This document shows positions 40,545 to 53,926 of a stretch of DNA of 64,000 nucleotides, one piece after another. A model generated the notes under the pieces. It was given only the letters and a program-made list of their open reading frames with translations. It was not told the origin of the DNA and ran no database searches. Every line of letters starts with the position of its first letter. The first letter of the stretch is position 1. The DNA lies in contig JBEWZL010000132.1 in NCBI GenBank assembly GCA_045837725.1, positions 124,001-188,000 of the forward strand, given 5' to 3'. The position numbers and the translations under genes are program-made. The DNA is from Vermamoeba vermiformis. Its lineage: Eukaryota.

Positions 40545-41631
40545 ATGGAAGTTGGAGGCAACACGACTCAACCCTGGAAGAAGTTCGAATCCAAACATAG
40601 TGCCCTGCCTCAGGGTGACTATGTATCACCTAATATGGTCGTTATTAATGCTGATCCATGCTTTCCTAACAAAAAACTCGGTAAGACCCAATTGTTATTT
40701 CCCACCACAAAATTATAATAAGCCTCAACTCTTAGCCATAAAATTACTATCGTTATGGAGGTGCTGGGATGCCATCTATATTTTATTCTAAATTATTCAA
40801 ATAATTCCAATATTATTGATGTTGATTTAAATATCGTCTTTGTCTTTAGGCAATATGGACAATATTAGCAACCCTGATTTTCGCAAACACATCAAGCACA
40901 ATTGGTATATTGATCCTTCGTTCCCTGAATGCGGGTTTTTGACACGTGATGAGGCCAATGTATTGTTCAACGCAGCACTACAATTTGCAGGCAAACCAGC
41001 ACTCGAAATAGGCTCGCACACTGGCTGGTCTACCGTTCATATTGCTCTATCAGGCGTTAAGCTAGATGTCATCGAACCTCAACTGACATTTGACCCGCGT
41101 ATTCTGCTCGGTATCATTGGTATGTTCGCACGATACAAACTAGTCACGTAGTTGATCTAAGCATTACTCACTATAAAGAGTCATTGAGACTAGCAGGCGT
41201 ATCAAAAAACGTTAATCTCGTGCACGGATTCAGTCCTGACGCTGTCCACGAACTCGCTAAAAATCAACAGCGAAAATGGTCCTTTATATTCATCGATGGT
41301 AATCACAACGCCGATTACCCGCTCAACGTAAGATCTATATACTATATATCACTCATATCTAATAATACATGTTCTGCAGGACGCGAAGGTGTGCAGTGAA
41401 TACGCGGCCGACGACTGCATGATTTTCTTCCACGATTTAGCATTCCCTGATGTAGCACGTGGCTGGAGATTTTTCGTTGGCAAAGAAGGCTGGAACACGC
41501 GCATATATCACACTCAACAGCTCATGGGGCTTGCGTGGCGTGGTAATGTTACTCCTCCTGAACACACAACGGATCCAACTTATGATTGGACCTTGCCGCA
41601 ACACCTTGCTGAATTTGCTGCTCAAAAATAA
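40545..41631 (+). CDS. Class I SAM-dependent methyltransferase (Methyltransf_24-like)
   Basis: ALEIGSHTGWST, FIFIDGNH and IFFHD motifs across three introns. Confidence 0.85.
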
Positions 41632-41921
41632 ATCAATATTGTACATAGCAGAAAAATGTGCCATTTCGTTTTTGTTGGATCTGTAGACGTCTACAGATGA
41701 TGGACCGCACCCATTTTCATCGATTAAACAATCGTAAAAGAACGGGACGCTCGCTCGAGAGCACCTTTTCTAACTAAATAGGGTGTTGTTAAGTAGGGAG
41801 ATAACATCAAGTCTTGCAGAATTCTTGGTGTTTTCTGAGATCGTGAAAACTGCTTTTTTGAGCTTATAAAAACGCTCATTGATATTTTTGTTTATTTTGC
41901 TATTGATTTACAACGTACACC

Positions 41922-43626
41922 ATGGAAGCTAAGAACTTCATTTCCACCGCCTTCCCTCACGGAATTACCATTGAAGAGTGCCGTGATGCTATTAAGGGCG
42001 CCAACGGATTCCGCGAGTGTCACAAGGACGATTATATCATTTTTAATTATGACTACTCGTTCAAAGGAAGTTTTCCTCACCCTAACGAAGCTCAAGATGA
42101 AAAGCAAGCTCGATTATTCCACATCCGAAGGTAAATTAAAATTTATTAAATTTCTACTTTCGCTCAGTTAGAATTAAACCGAAAAAATCCAATTAATAAT
42201 AATGCGAATATATTTTAAAAATGCATTTATTACTATAGAGAGTGCAGAGGACTTATCTTCGACCATAACGGCAAAATTTTAGCTCGACGCTTCCACAAAT
42301 TTTTCAATATAAATGAATTGCCTGAGACTGAAGAAGATAAGATTGATATCAACAGACCCTATTTTATCATTGAAAAAGTCGACGGGTAAGCAAACAAGAT
42401 CTCTGAAATTCGGATTCAAATCAATAGCCAAAGGAGATTATATCTCGTGCTTACCACATTTTAGATGCCTCGTCTCTCCCTTCTACACTCAAGGAAAAAT
42501 GCGTTGGGGAACAAAGATGGGTATCACATCCGTTACTGAAGAAATTGAACGATTTGTAGGTGAATGTGGTCTTGATTACGTTGGCTTCAGGTAATTACGC
42601 GTAGTTTTTATTCGATTGCGGCGGTTAACAATATTGTCCGCAATCAGTGATGAGTGGATCAAGCAAGGTTACACTCCGTTGTTCGAGTGGTGCTCGTTAT
42701 CGCAACAAATCGTCGTGTCATATGATATCACACAATTAGTCATTACTTCAATCAGAAACAACCATACTGGTACGTGTACCATTACATTTAAAGAGAAAAA
42801 ATTCCCTACCAACACCCCGTATTAGGTGACTACTTGCCATACAAGCAAATGGTTGAAACAGCCAAGCGTTACAATATCCCCGTTGTAGATACCACGCACG
42901 CTGAAGGCAGCAATGCTGCTCAGCTATTAGCTGCAGTCAAGAAGTTAGAAAACATTGAAGGATTCATCTTGAACTTTGACAACGGTGAGATGTTTAAGAT
43001 GAAGTGCGACTGGTACATTCAACGCAGCAAGAAGGTAAATACGACTGCTAGCTGCCTGTCTCCCTGTGCTAATATCAAATGAAATCAGATGGCTGGAGAG
43101 TTCACTGGTCACGAGAAGGATATCTGGTTGTTAGTCTTGGTAAGGGATTTAGCTACGTCTTCTCTCGTGCCAATGCAGTGCTAATTCTCATCGTGTTCAG
43201 GACAACAAATTGGACGATCTTGGTGAGGCATTAGGGTAAGTACTCGCAACGAATTGTCGCGTCAAATTCTGTGCTCTTTCTCTAACAGATCTTCTATTCA
43301 CCAGACACAACAGAAAGCAAAAAATTGAAGAATTTGGTATCAAGTTGATGGCTGCTATTGAAAACAGAGCTGCAGAAATCAATGCTGTGGTTGAAGACGC
43401 TAAAAAGCGTGGTCTGACTAAGAAAGAGTTCGTTGATGAAATGAACCAAAAGAACGCAGGTAACGGTGACTCTGAAAAGATGTATAAGACCACCTATTAT
43501 CGTGTGTTCGATGGTGCTGACGCATTTGATACAATCGTGGATGTGATCAAGAAAAGTTGCAATACAGCTGCACGATTAGATATCGCCAGAAAGACATACT
43601 GCCCAGAGTTAAGCATCAAGTTATAA
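41922..43626 (+). CDS. T4 RNA ligase 1 (Rnl1/RnlA)-type ATP-dependent RNA ligase
   Basis: RECRGLIF, RRFHKFFNINE, motif I EKVDG (split by an intron), TPLFEW, IEGFIL and FKMK, then a helical C-terminal region; several introns. Confidence 0.85.
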
Positions 43627-43873
43627 ATAATAAACAAAACAATGAGTTAGATATAAATTCCGCATGATTTATTTACAAGTATGTTACAGTTACCCGTCCT
43701 TACCAGATAGGGTCAGCTCCTCGAAGAGAATACTACCGCCTATTCCTAAAGGAAAGGTCATGGAGCGCGAGGCTTCCATTGCTGGTCTTTTGTTCTTTCT
43801 GATCAAACTGAAAATACGAAAGATCAAAAACAACAACAGATCACAAAAAACAAACGGGGCACGGGCCAAAGCT

Positions 43874-44251
43874 TCAGCAGTCTACTTGCGTGTATGTAGA
43901 GAATGAGATCCAGGGCTTGTTGAAAGAAATCTCGTCTTGCATGGTGCCATATTCCACCAGGCCAATCTGTTCGATGTCTTCTCGGTAGCAGAGTTCTGTG
44001 GGCACAGTGCTAAAGAGGTGAATATTTGCTAAATATTCGTTATTGTTCAGAGGAGTATCGGGAATTACGACTGCCTCTGACGCATCTGATCGGGCAAATT
44101 GTTTTCGTCCTCGGACTACGACATTGCTCTTTCGTGACTTCGAGACTCCGGAACTAAAAGAAGGGTTAGTAGACGGTCTTTTAACCAATCTACCGAAGCT
44201 CTTTCTCGTATAAGGAGAAAATCGAGTGTTGAATTGAGATAAAGAAGACAT
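43874..44251 (-). CDS. Hypothetical basic protein
   Basis: ATG-initiated 125-aa ORF in otherwise unassigned intergenic space; no recognised motif. Confidence 0.4.
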   Translation of the reverse strand: MSSLSQFNTRFSPYTRKSFGRLVKRPSTNPSFSSGVSKSRKSNVVVRGRKQFARSDASEAVVIPDTPLNNNEYLANIHLFSTVPTELCYREDIEQIGLVEYGTMQDEISFNKPWISFSTYTQVDC

Positions 44252-44627
44252 TATGTGTTGGGTTTAAATACAAATACGGGTGTTTCTACTGCTAAGTAAA
44301 GAGTATTACCTCTTATGTGTTATGTAGAGTTATAGAGAAGAATAAACGAGAAAAACGTGGTTGCAGCTTTTTTATTACAGTCGAGAAAAGGTAGAGCAAA
44401 AGCTTGGGCCAAATTTTTTCTCTGGAGAAATTCTTCGGAAAATGGTGCTTGTGTGCGCGGTGAGCATCGTGTGCCATCACGGCCCTGCTAAATGTTCAGG
44501 ATCGATAAGTTAAATAATAATTTAATCATATTAAAACAACATTTTTACAACGACTGCTTCGAGAGCAGATTTGACGACCACGAGTCAACTTTACAGCGAC
44601 TAGCAAGCGCCATATAAATTAACGAGT

Positions 44628-45633
44628 TTACAAAACGAGGCAACGTCTCTTGGCCTTCTTCTCCTTGGGCTTAGTTTCACCAGTGGTGGAGGGCTCAGCG
44701 GGGCCAGCGTTCTTGTTTCTGAACTTCTTGATCTCACGAACCAAGGTCTCAAAAGCTTCAACGACATTGTGTCTGGTCTTGGCGGAAGCCTCCAAGAATG
44801 GGCAAGACAATTCGGTAGCCAACTGTTTACCTATCAAGGAAAAATTGTTGGAATTCGAATTTGAATTGTACCGTGCGTAGTCGGTAATTAAGCTTACCCT
44901 TCTCAGTGGAAATTTCTCTATCAGGCTCCAAGTCGCACTTGTTGCCGACGAGTACGAAAGGAACTTCGTCGGAGTCCTTAACACGAAGGATGTGCTCGTG
45001 CAAGCTCAAGGCTTCATCAAAGCTAGCTTGAAGGGTGATAGAGTACACGCACAAGAAACCATCACCAGTTCTCATGTATTGATCTCTAACGGCAGCTGAA
45101 TTTCAAGTTAATTAAGATTCTGTCGAGAGGGCTTTTTGATCGAATAATTAATTTGCGATAAAAGTTATAAGACTTACAAAAGTCTTCTTGTCCGGCAGTA
45201 TCGAAAATATCGAGAATGCACTCTTCTCCATCGATAGTGACTTGTTTTCTAGCGGGATATTCCGTTAGTCCTGATTTGACAAATCGAATTCAACTAAAAA
45301 CAAACGAAGAAATTTGCCTTCAATTTGTGTCCATCTTGCTGTAACAAGTGCTATTTAATTTATTTTAATTGATAAATACCTGTACGAATCTTCCAAGGTG
45401 GGGTCGTAGTCATCAACGAACTTGTTGGAGATGTATTGGATGGTAAGGCAGGATTTGCCTGTAAATAGCGTAAGAAAATTACTATAACACCTAGTGCATG
45501 AAGGGATTGCTACTGCGCCAATTTACGAATGATTCGGCCAACAACGGCTAAAAAATTCAAGATCTTCATCCGACTGAAAGTACTTACCGACACCTCCAAC
45601 ACCGACGAGAACTAACTTGTAAACGTTTGACAT
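44628..45633 (-). CDS. rasS: Ras GTPase, Dictyostelium RasS-like
   Basis: [55 protein letters not shown] and CaaX CLVL. TLEDSY and QEDFSAVRDQY are RasS-type features. Confidence 0.85.
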
Positions 45634-45920
45634 GTTTGTTGTACTCTTGTTTGTTTAGTTACGAATAAACAGTTTTAAAAACACAAAACGAGAGCACTTT
45701 TTTTGGCGAGCCAATGGCGTAACAGCTATTTTTAAGGCAGTGCCGAACAACAAGTCTTTGGCCAAGAATTCCCATTTCGTGTATTACGTACGCAATTTAT
45801 TCGAGGCCGTTACATTATGTATCAGGACTGATGAGGATGATTGCAGAGTGGTTGTGCGTTCAAATTTTACCATTATTTCTTTTCTTTCATTCCTTCGTCC
45901 ACTAGTCCGGCTCAGTAGTA

Positions 45921-47209
45921 ATGGTGGAGATAGTGCCCTTAATTGGTGATATTGCTGGATGGGGTAAGTAATTGCTCGAACACCATCGTCGATCCGTGAT
46001 CTTACTCCAAAGCTTAGGTTATTTTCTTATTTGGTCGATATCATTTTATCCGCAAATATGGACGAATTGGCGAAGGAAGAGGTACGATATTTTGCTGAAG
46101 TGTCAACCGAAATTAGTTTGCGCCCAATCAAATAATTAATACAATTTATCTGCAGTGTGGTTGGGCTTAGTTTCGATTATTTGGCATTAAATATACTCGG
46201 TAAGCGATTTATCACAAAATCTTCGAATATTAATGCGATTTTTCTATTGCAACCAGGTTATTTATGTTACTCGGTTTACAATCTCGTTATGTATTTCTCT
46301 CCTGTCGTGCAGCAACAATATATTGATGAACATAAATCGAGCGGCAAGGAAGTTTCGTTACCAGCCACAGTAAGTTAGCGGGATGCACCGCTTATTACCA
46401 ATATGCATATTGCTCACGTGGTTTCAGATCCCCGACATCGTATTTGCCTTACACGGTATTGCTATGACTACGATCACGGCCATTCAGTGCTTGATTTATG
46501 AGGTGAGTACGCACGTTACAAAACATCGTTTACTCACCCACTTACAGCGTGGTGGTCAACGAGTGAGCCGCTTAGCATGGCTTATTATTGGTACATTGTT
46601 GTTGGGCATTGGCATTGTCGGTATGTCCGTAAAAACATCGTTTGTGCTTATTAATTGAACTTGATTGCAGGAGCCATTTGTTTCTTCGATATCCTTCAGA
46701 TAATATGGCTTATTCAAGCATGTGGTTACACTAAAATGATTATTTCTTTGCTGAAGTACGCACCGCAAGTACGTAGTGGTTCTATCTACCTCGTATGAGC
46801 TTGACTAATGCGTTCATTCAGGGTTATATGAACTGGCGCCGAAAGTCGACAGCGGGTTGGTCCATTGCTGGTGTGATCATGGACATGTCTGGAGGCCTGT
46901 TGAGCTTCTTCCAAATGTTTTTGCTGTCATTTTACACTGGTGAGTGTCAACGTTGACGCGACATTTCTGCGAGGTAATTCTAACCTTGGTGCAGGTGATT
47001 GGTCTCAGTTTGAAGGTGGAAACATTCCCAAGCTTGGCCTATCCATCATTTCAGTATTGTATAATATATTTTTCATGTTCCAACACTATATATTGTACCG
47101 CAATAGTACCCCTGAGAAGAAAGTTAACGAAATCGAAAAAGACGCTAAGCAGCTTGATAGAATACCCTATGGAGAGGCATCACCCTTGTTAATAGATCGA
47201 AAAGTATAA
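45921..47209 (+). CDS. CTNS: Cystinosin-like PQ-loop lysosomal transporter
   Basis: GWGYFLIWSISFYPQ, SVVGLSFDY, KYAPQ..NWRRKSTAGWSI, KLGLSIIS..FMFQHY, and a C-terminal dileucine signal EASPLL. Confidence 0.88.
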
Positions 47210-47397
47210 ATACGCTGTTGTATAAGTGCGAGAGTTTTTAACTTTAATGTTTGGCTTTTAATTCGGTCGGGGAGGAAATCTTGCGCTCGATTTTATTCAG
47301 GTTCATTGTCAATTTGTGTAAATCAAGGTAGCAATACCAAATATCTGTATTTATTTCGCGAATGTATTTATATCATTAGTATTATTTATTTTGTTTA

Positions 47398-50300
47398 ATG
47401 GATTTCAACGGTCTCGCTAACTTGCTCAAAAAGCAAGATTCTACAAAGAAAGAAATTCAAAAGGCCATCAAAAAAATTGGAAAAGATGTGCTACAGTTAC
47501 ATGACGATACTGGCCAAACTATAGTGCATGTCTGCGCGACGGAGGGAAGGACTGACATCTTGGATTTCCTTTATGAGCGTTTCAAAGTCAACCTAGAGCA
47601 AAAAGATAATCACGGATGGACACCAATTATTTGTGCTACATTAGGAGCCAAGTTGGATACAATAGACTTTCTTTTGAAGAAAGGAGTAGATTGCTCGATC
47701 ACTACCAGCGACAACGCAACCTGTCTGCATTATTATGCCAAAATTAAGCCCAGCAACAAAGATGAATATGAATCATTGTATAGGAAAATTACCAAACAGT
47801 TTAATAACGTTGATGGAGCGAATAAGAACGGTGAAACCCCACTCCACAAAGCAGTTAGAGAAGGAAATATTGATTTCCTTAAATTATTATTGGCCTCGAA
47901 AGCAAATGTTAATGCCTTAGATAGGTATAAATCTCGAAACAAGATTTTAAATTTTTTATTTTTGGATCGTCTATTGATTCCGTTTGATTGCAGCAATGTA
48001 TTGATTCATATAATAATGTAATGAACGAAATTAATGGCAATATTTTAGTGGTGGTGAATCCCCGTTGCATTATGCAGCAAGGATCGGGCTGGTAGAAGTT
48101 GTCAAAATTTTGCTCGAGAACGGAGCCGATATCAAACTGCGGGTATGTTTCATATTAACTCTCAATACTATATGTCGAATTTGCCTTAATTTTTACGATT
48201 TTTTGTAACGATTTGTATGGAAAATAGGGCACAAAAGAAGGCACGCCGTTGAAAGTCGCTCAGAAAAACAAACAAGCCAAGGCGTATGAGGTGTTAGAAG
48301 GTGAGTATACTGTTTTAGACAGCTGTTAATGATGTTTGGAGTGACATTTTACCTCCCATAACAAACCACATGATAATTCGTAGGCGCGATCTTAGCGATC
48401 TGCCAACCCCAATAATCGAAATAATGAGTGATTTTTAATTCACTTCTCTTTTGATGATGATAAACAAAGTTTATGGAAGAGCCGTCCGAATTATCTGTGA
48501 CGAGGATACTTTCCCTGATACAAAAGAGAATAATTATCTTTTTAATTTTTTGCTGGTTAACTCGTTCGTTGCTAATTACGTTATTGTTATGTAGCACATG
48601 CAAACAAAAACGGTATGAAGTTGCAAGATCTGCTTGAAGGTGGTGATGGAAGCAAATCACCGCGTCCTGGCACAACAGGGCGAGCACAAACACGTGGTAT
48701 TATTGAAGGCAGTGCCTCGACTGAACCATTCAACATTGAGGGCATTCAACTCATTGTCTCACATCACGGCAACAAGCGCTCAACTGTGCGTGGTGAGATG
48801 ATGCTCGAGAAAGAAGTTGACGAGCATGAGAAGCGCAGCAGTCTCGTGCAGCGACACGAAAGCGGTGTGGAACGTGCAGAGCGAATCAGACGCGATGGTA
48901 TGTCATTCGTTATAATATTATGGCTCCTTATCTAACTATGCTTTAATAGAACAACGTCGATATCACATTTTGAAGGAGATTGTTGAGTCTGAAAAGCGTT
49001 ACGTCAATTTGATCAAGTTTGCAGTGCGCGGCATTCTCGATGCGATCTCGACAGGCACGCAGCCCATCATCACACAGTCAGAGGCGAAGTTGATCTTTTC
49101 AACGCTGCCTGATATCTTTTTGTATGGCACCAACAGCTTGGAGGGCCTTGAAAGTCGTTTGAAGAGTTGGTCTACTAATCAACGCGTCGGTGATATCATC
49201 ATGTCTATGGTACGTCTAAATATGCCATAACTGCATTGACACTAATTCAATGTGTTGCAGTCCGATTTGACCGTGCTGAAGACCTACACAACTTACATGA
49301 GCAATTTTGACAATGCAGCTCGTGAAGTGAAGAGACTCGTGAAGAAGAACAAAACATTTGCTGAGTGGCTCAGTGTAAGCGACAAATAGTTTTGACTCGT
49401 TTTATTAATCTCCTGTTAGCATTACACAAGCCCTATTAACGATTCTACCAAAAAAAAGGAATCGTCCAAGAAGAGCAATGAATCTACCAACTTGTTAGGA
49501 CTGTTGATCACACCATTGCAACGCATTCCCAAGTTAGTCATGTTGATCGAAGATTTGGTGCGATACACACCTGCCGAGCACGCTGATCAAGAGGACTTGC
49601 GCATCGCATGCACTCGATTCAAGCGCGTGTCAGAGCACTTGGAGGAGATGCGCAGTGATGCACAGAACAGAGCTCGCGTGATGCGTATTAAGAACACTGT
49701 TGTTGGATTCCCAGAGGTACTAACGCTCGAATTACTGTCAATTAAACTAACCGATGATTGTTAGGCCGATAACGATTTGAATCGCAAATACTTGCTCGAT
49801 GGTCCAGCGCAATTGTTGTACAAAGGCAAAGTCACCCCGCAGCACTTGTTCCTCTTCAATGACTTGCTCGTGTGGGCCAAACCTACCAAGCTGAATCGTG
49901 CTGGCAAGGGCTATGAAGGTTTCTCGTGCACTGGATTCGTCCCTGTTGCAGATATTGAAGTTGTTGGAGACGTGCAGTCAGACGGTAAGTTTTTTCTTCG
50001 TATAACTTCGTCGCTAACGTTATGTGATAGTGGGCAAATACACTTTTGAAGTGTCAAGCAGATCCAAGTCGCAAATATTCTTGGCTGAACGTGAAGAAGA
50101 TAAACGTGCTTGGGTGCGAGCAGTAAGTCGTGCAGTGGCCAAATGTCCTCAGCCCGCACAACTGCCGCTTTGGATTCGTGTCAATTCGAGTGGACCTCGT
50201 CCGACACCGAGATCAAATCACACGACTATTTACACGGCCAAGCACATCGTCGTGTTTGGTGGTCAACGACATTCCACGTGGTTTAACGACTGTTATGTGT

Positions 50301-53300
50301 GCGACGCTGAAACAATGGAGTGGATCAAAGTGCCTGACTCTGAGAGCGTGCCCACTCCTCGTAGTGAACACGCAGCTGTGACAGTCGATGACAAGATTTA
50401 CATTTTTGGCGGCTTTGATGGCTCACATCGATTGAATGATTTGTACATATTTGACGTTAAGACACTACGGTAAGTTGCATTTTTATTGCCAGTGACAGTT
50501 GTATCTAATTTAGAACAGATGGAGCAAGGTCGAGGCCAGCAGTGCCAGTTCGCCCAACACAGCGCACAACCCAACACCAACTTCACCAAATTCCTTAAAA
50601 GAAACCGAAAAAGAGTCCAAGTGGCCTGAAGCTCGTTCAGGACATCGAATGGTGCGATTTGGCAAAGAGATCTATTTGTTTGGTGGCATCGATAATTCAG
50701 GCTCGTACTTGAATGACCTCTATTCACTCGACGAGAAGATGACTTGGCGCTGGGTCCGTGCCAAGGGCGAAGTGCCTGAAATGCGTGCCTTCCACTCAAT
50801 GGACGTGATTGCAGGTCTGATCTGGGTGTTCGGTGGCTGTGCTTTCAAGAAGTACTTCAACGACACTAAGGTACTCGATCCGTCCACTCGTATTTGGGCC
50901 AGTCTGCCGAGCTTGAACGGCACCGAGTTCGAGCATCCTAGTCCGAGGTACAGTCACAGCACCGCTGTTATTGACAGCAACTTGCTCATGCTGTATGGCG
51001 GCTGCTCTGGAGCAACAATTTACCACGATGTTTGGGTCCTGGACACCGACACAAAGACCTGGGTGTCTGTTCCAACGCCCATCCAATTGGAGCGTGCTCA
51101 TCGTCACACAATGACGGTCTTGCCTGGTGAGACTGGACGTGAAGCCTTTGTGCTGGGCGGTGAGTCGGGCACTGGCTACATTGACGAGCCTACGACGCTG
51201 AAGAATTTTGGTACGTAGTTATTTGACTCGCTTACTAAAGACTGTAACACTGATGCCATTCAGACCTCATCCGCGAACGAGTTGAACGAGTGCGAATAGA
51301 ACAAGGCAAAGCAGCACAACGGCGCAAGAACACTCTCGCACCACTGCATCCCAATCATCCTGCACGTACGTCAAGTTTATTAACTACTAAAAGTACTATA
51401 ACTCGAGAGATTATACAATACTAACACTGGTTCATATACATTACAGTCTCGGATATTGGCGCACCGTACAATATTCAGAAGAAGGCACATTTGGACGAGG
51501 ATTATCAATGGGGTGGTGTAGATCCGGACCGAGATTTTGAAATCAAGCGTATTCTCGGTGAGGGGTACGTAACATTAAAGACAGTTAGTATTTGGAGTCA
51601 GTAGTTAATTGGTACATCAGTGCATTCGGTGTTGTGTACGAAGCCACTTTTGTTGAATGGGGACTGCCAGTAGCAGCTAAAGTCATCAAGGACTTCAAGA
51701 GCGAGCGTGTCAAGAAAGAAATCGACAACTTGAGAAAGCTGAAGAAACATCCGAATATTGTACAGTTCTACGGCACCGTTGAAAAGGACAACTGCCTATG
51801 GGTAAGAACGAGTGGTTGTTTTATGTTGATGGCTCCTAATCCTCTTCAGATTATGATGGAATGCGAGCTCGGTTCTCTGAAGAAGTTGATGAACGATGTG
51901 AATCAACCACTCAACGAGGCACAGATCTCCATTGTGTGCCGCAATGTCCTCATGGGTCTCAACTTTTTGCACCGCAACAACATTGTGCATCGTGATATCA
52001 AGTGCGCTAACGTCTTGTTCAATGCTGAAGGCGAAATCAAATTAGCCGATTTTGGAATTTCACAACAATTGACCGAAGAACTGCCGCACTTGCGAGGCCT
52101 TGCTGGGTACGATATACGATCAACCGTATTGATTAATTCGATGTTAACATCGTTTCAGAACACTGGCCTGGATGGCGCCTGAAGTCCACAGCAGAGCCAA
52201 CTACGACTCTAAGGCTGACGTGTGGTCATTGGGCATGACTATCTTGGAAATGCTCGAGGGCAACGTGCCCAAGTTCGATCAACGCACAATGCGCATGATG
52301 AGCACGGGCGAGGCACTGTCATCTTCCACAACGAATGCTGGTTCGTTAAGTGTCAACGAGTACATTGAACGCTGCTCTGCGTCAAAGGACTTGCGTGACT
52401 TTGTGTCTCTGTGTTTGAACACGAATCCTGATCTGCGGCCAACAAGTATCATGTTGTTGGAGGTAAGGATGAAGCATTCAATCGGCCTTCAGTATCTAAC
52501 CATCATATTCAGCACCCGTTCATTCAAAGTCACGTGACAAGTCACCAATCAGATGTCTTCAAGGATCTCATCTCGAACTTCTTGCGCAAGAAAAAGCGCG
52601 AGACACGAGAGACCAACTTCTTGCTGAAGTTCCGCACGAAGAACAAGTCCAACGATTTGAATCTGAGTGGCAGCAAGGACAAAAAGGGCAGCAACAATAA
52701 CACCAAGAGCTCGTCCCCTGGTGGCTCGCATAACTCGGACAAATCCGACTTTGAAAGCCTGCGCGATGAGTTGTTTGCACAAATTTCATCGACCAAGAAC
52801 GAGACCAAAGAAGAAATTCAACGGCAATTGCAGCTCTCGAGACAAGAGACTGAAGTCATTCGAAGTACGTCCAGATCTGAATTAAGATTTTTTCACAACT
52901 GATCCTAACCTTGTTGTCTTTCAGCTGAGCTCAAAAAGATGCGCGAAGACTTGGCCAAGCAGAAGTCTAAAGTCCAAGACATGGAGTCCAAGTACAAGCG
53001 TCGACTGACCCGAGAAGTGGAGAAGTTTAAGACCGACATCATTGATCAGATCCAAAGCAACATCAACAAGTACGTGGACCTGCTCGTCAAAGAACAGACT
53101 AGCAAGAGCTCCAAACAGTCATCGCCGAGTCCACGAGGCAATGGCAGCACAGCTAACGGGTACGTCGTGAATGGTTCGTTGTTATCTTAGCTGTACTAAT
53201 TGAGATTCTGCAGTAATGTCGCCGCCTCGGATCTAATTTTGGAGATTTCACGTTTGAAGGCTGAAAACAACGCCGTGCGAGAGCAGCTCAAGACGCGCGA

Positions 53301-53727
53301 CGAAGAACTGCATTCCCTCAAAAGTAGACTCGGTTTGCCAGTGCCTAAGCTGGCTAAATGTAAGTCGAGCATCACAGTACTCTTGCGATAGTGAACTAAT
53401 CATGTTGTTGCAGCTAACAACAGCTTGGAGTCCGAGTCTGTATCAGCACGTGACGAGGCCTCAGACAGTGGTCGCGGCACATCGCACAGCACACCTCGAT
53501 CACCGCGCATTGACAGTCATTCAGGCCACGAATCCGACCGGTCAATTCAATCTAATAGCAGTACGCGAGAGAGCAGACGGTCGTTGCAAGTTGGCTCCAG
53601 ATCTACCTCGAGCAAACAAGTTGCGCCTAAAATTAGCGAGAAATTGCAACTATTCGAGAAGAAACAAAATGATTCAACGGCTAAGCTGAGTTCGCCGAGC
53701 AATGTCCATTCTACAGCTAAGAAATAA
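47398..53727 (+). CDS. Multidomain kinase: ankyrin repeats-RhoGEF(DH)-PH-Kelch repeats-CRIB-like-STE20-type kinase-coiled coil
   Basis: Checked junctions splice in phase. Motifs: GETPLH; EIVESEKRYV and LLITPLQRIPK; LFLFNDLL; IYIFGG repeats; DIGAPYNIQKKAH; LGEGAFG, VAAK, HRDIKCAN, DFG and WMAPE. Confidence 0.85.
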
Positions 53728-53926
53728 CCCCAATTGTAACTTTTGTTCATTAGTATATTTATTGCACTGTATTATTTCCAAGTAAAGCAAAATTTTACGC
53801 TAGCCCGGATATCTCCGTGCAATCTCCTGCTGGTAAGTGAAGATACCAATACTTTTTCAGTTATTTGAACAGTTGAATTGTCAACAGAGCACCGCCAGGA
53901 TTATATCGGAGTTTTCCTGAACGAGC

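Noticed and set aside
45588-45615. Ras P-loop GVGGVGKS looked like an activating G12V change
   Set aside because: Aligned to GAGGVGKS, the Val is at position 11; G12 and G13 are intact, and Q61 (DTAGQ) is also intact.
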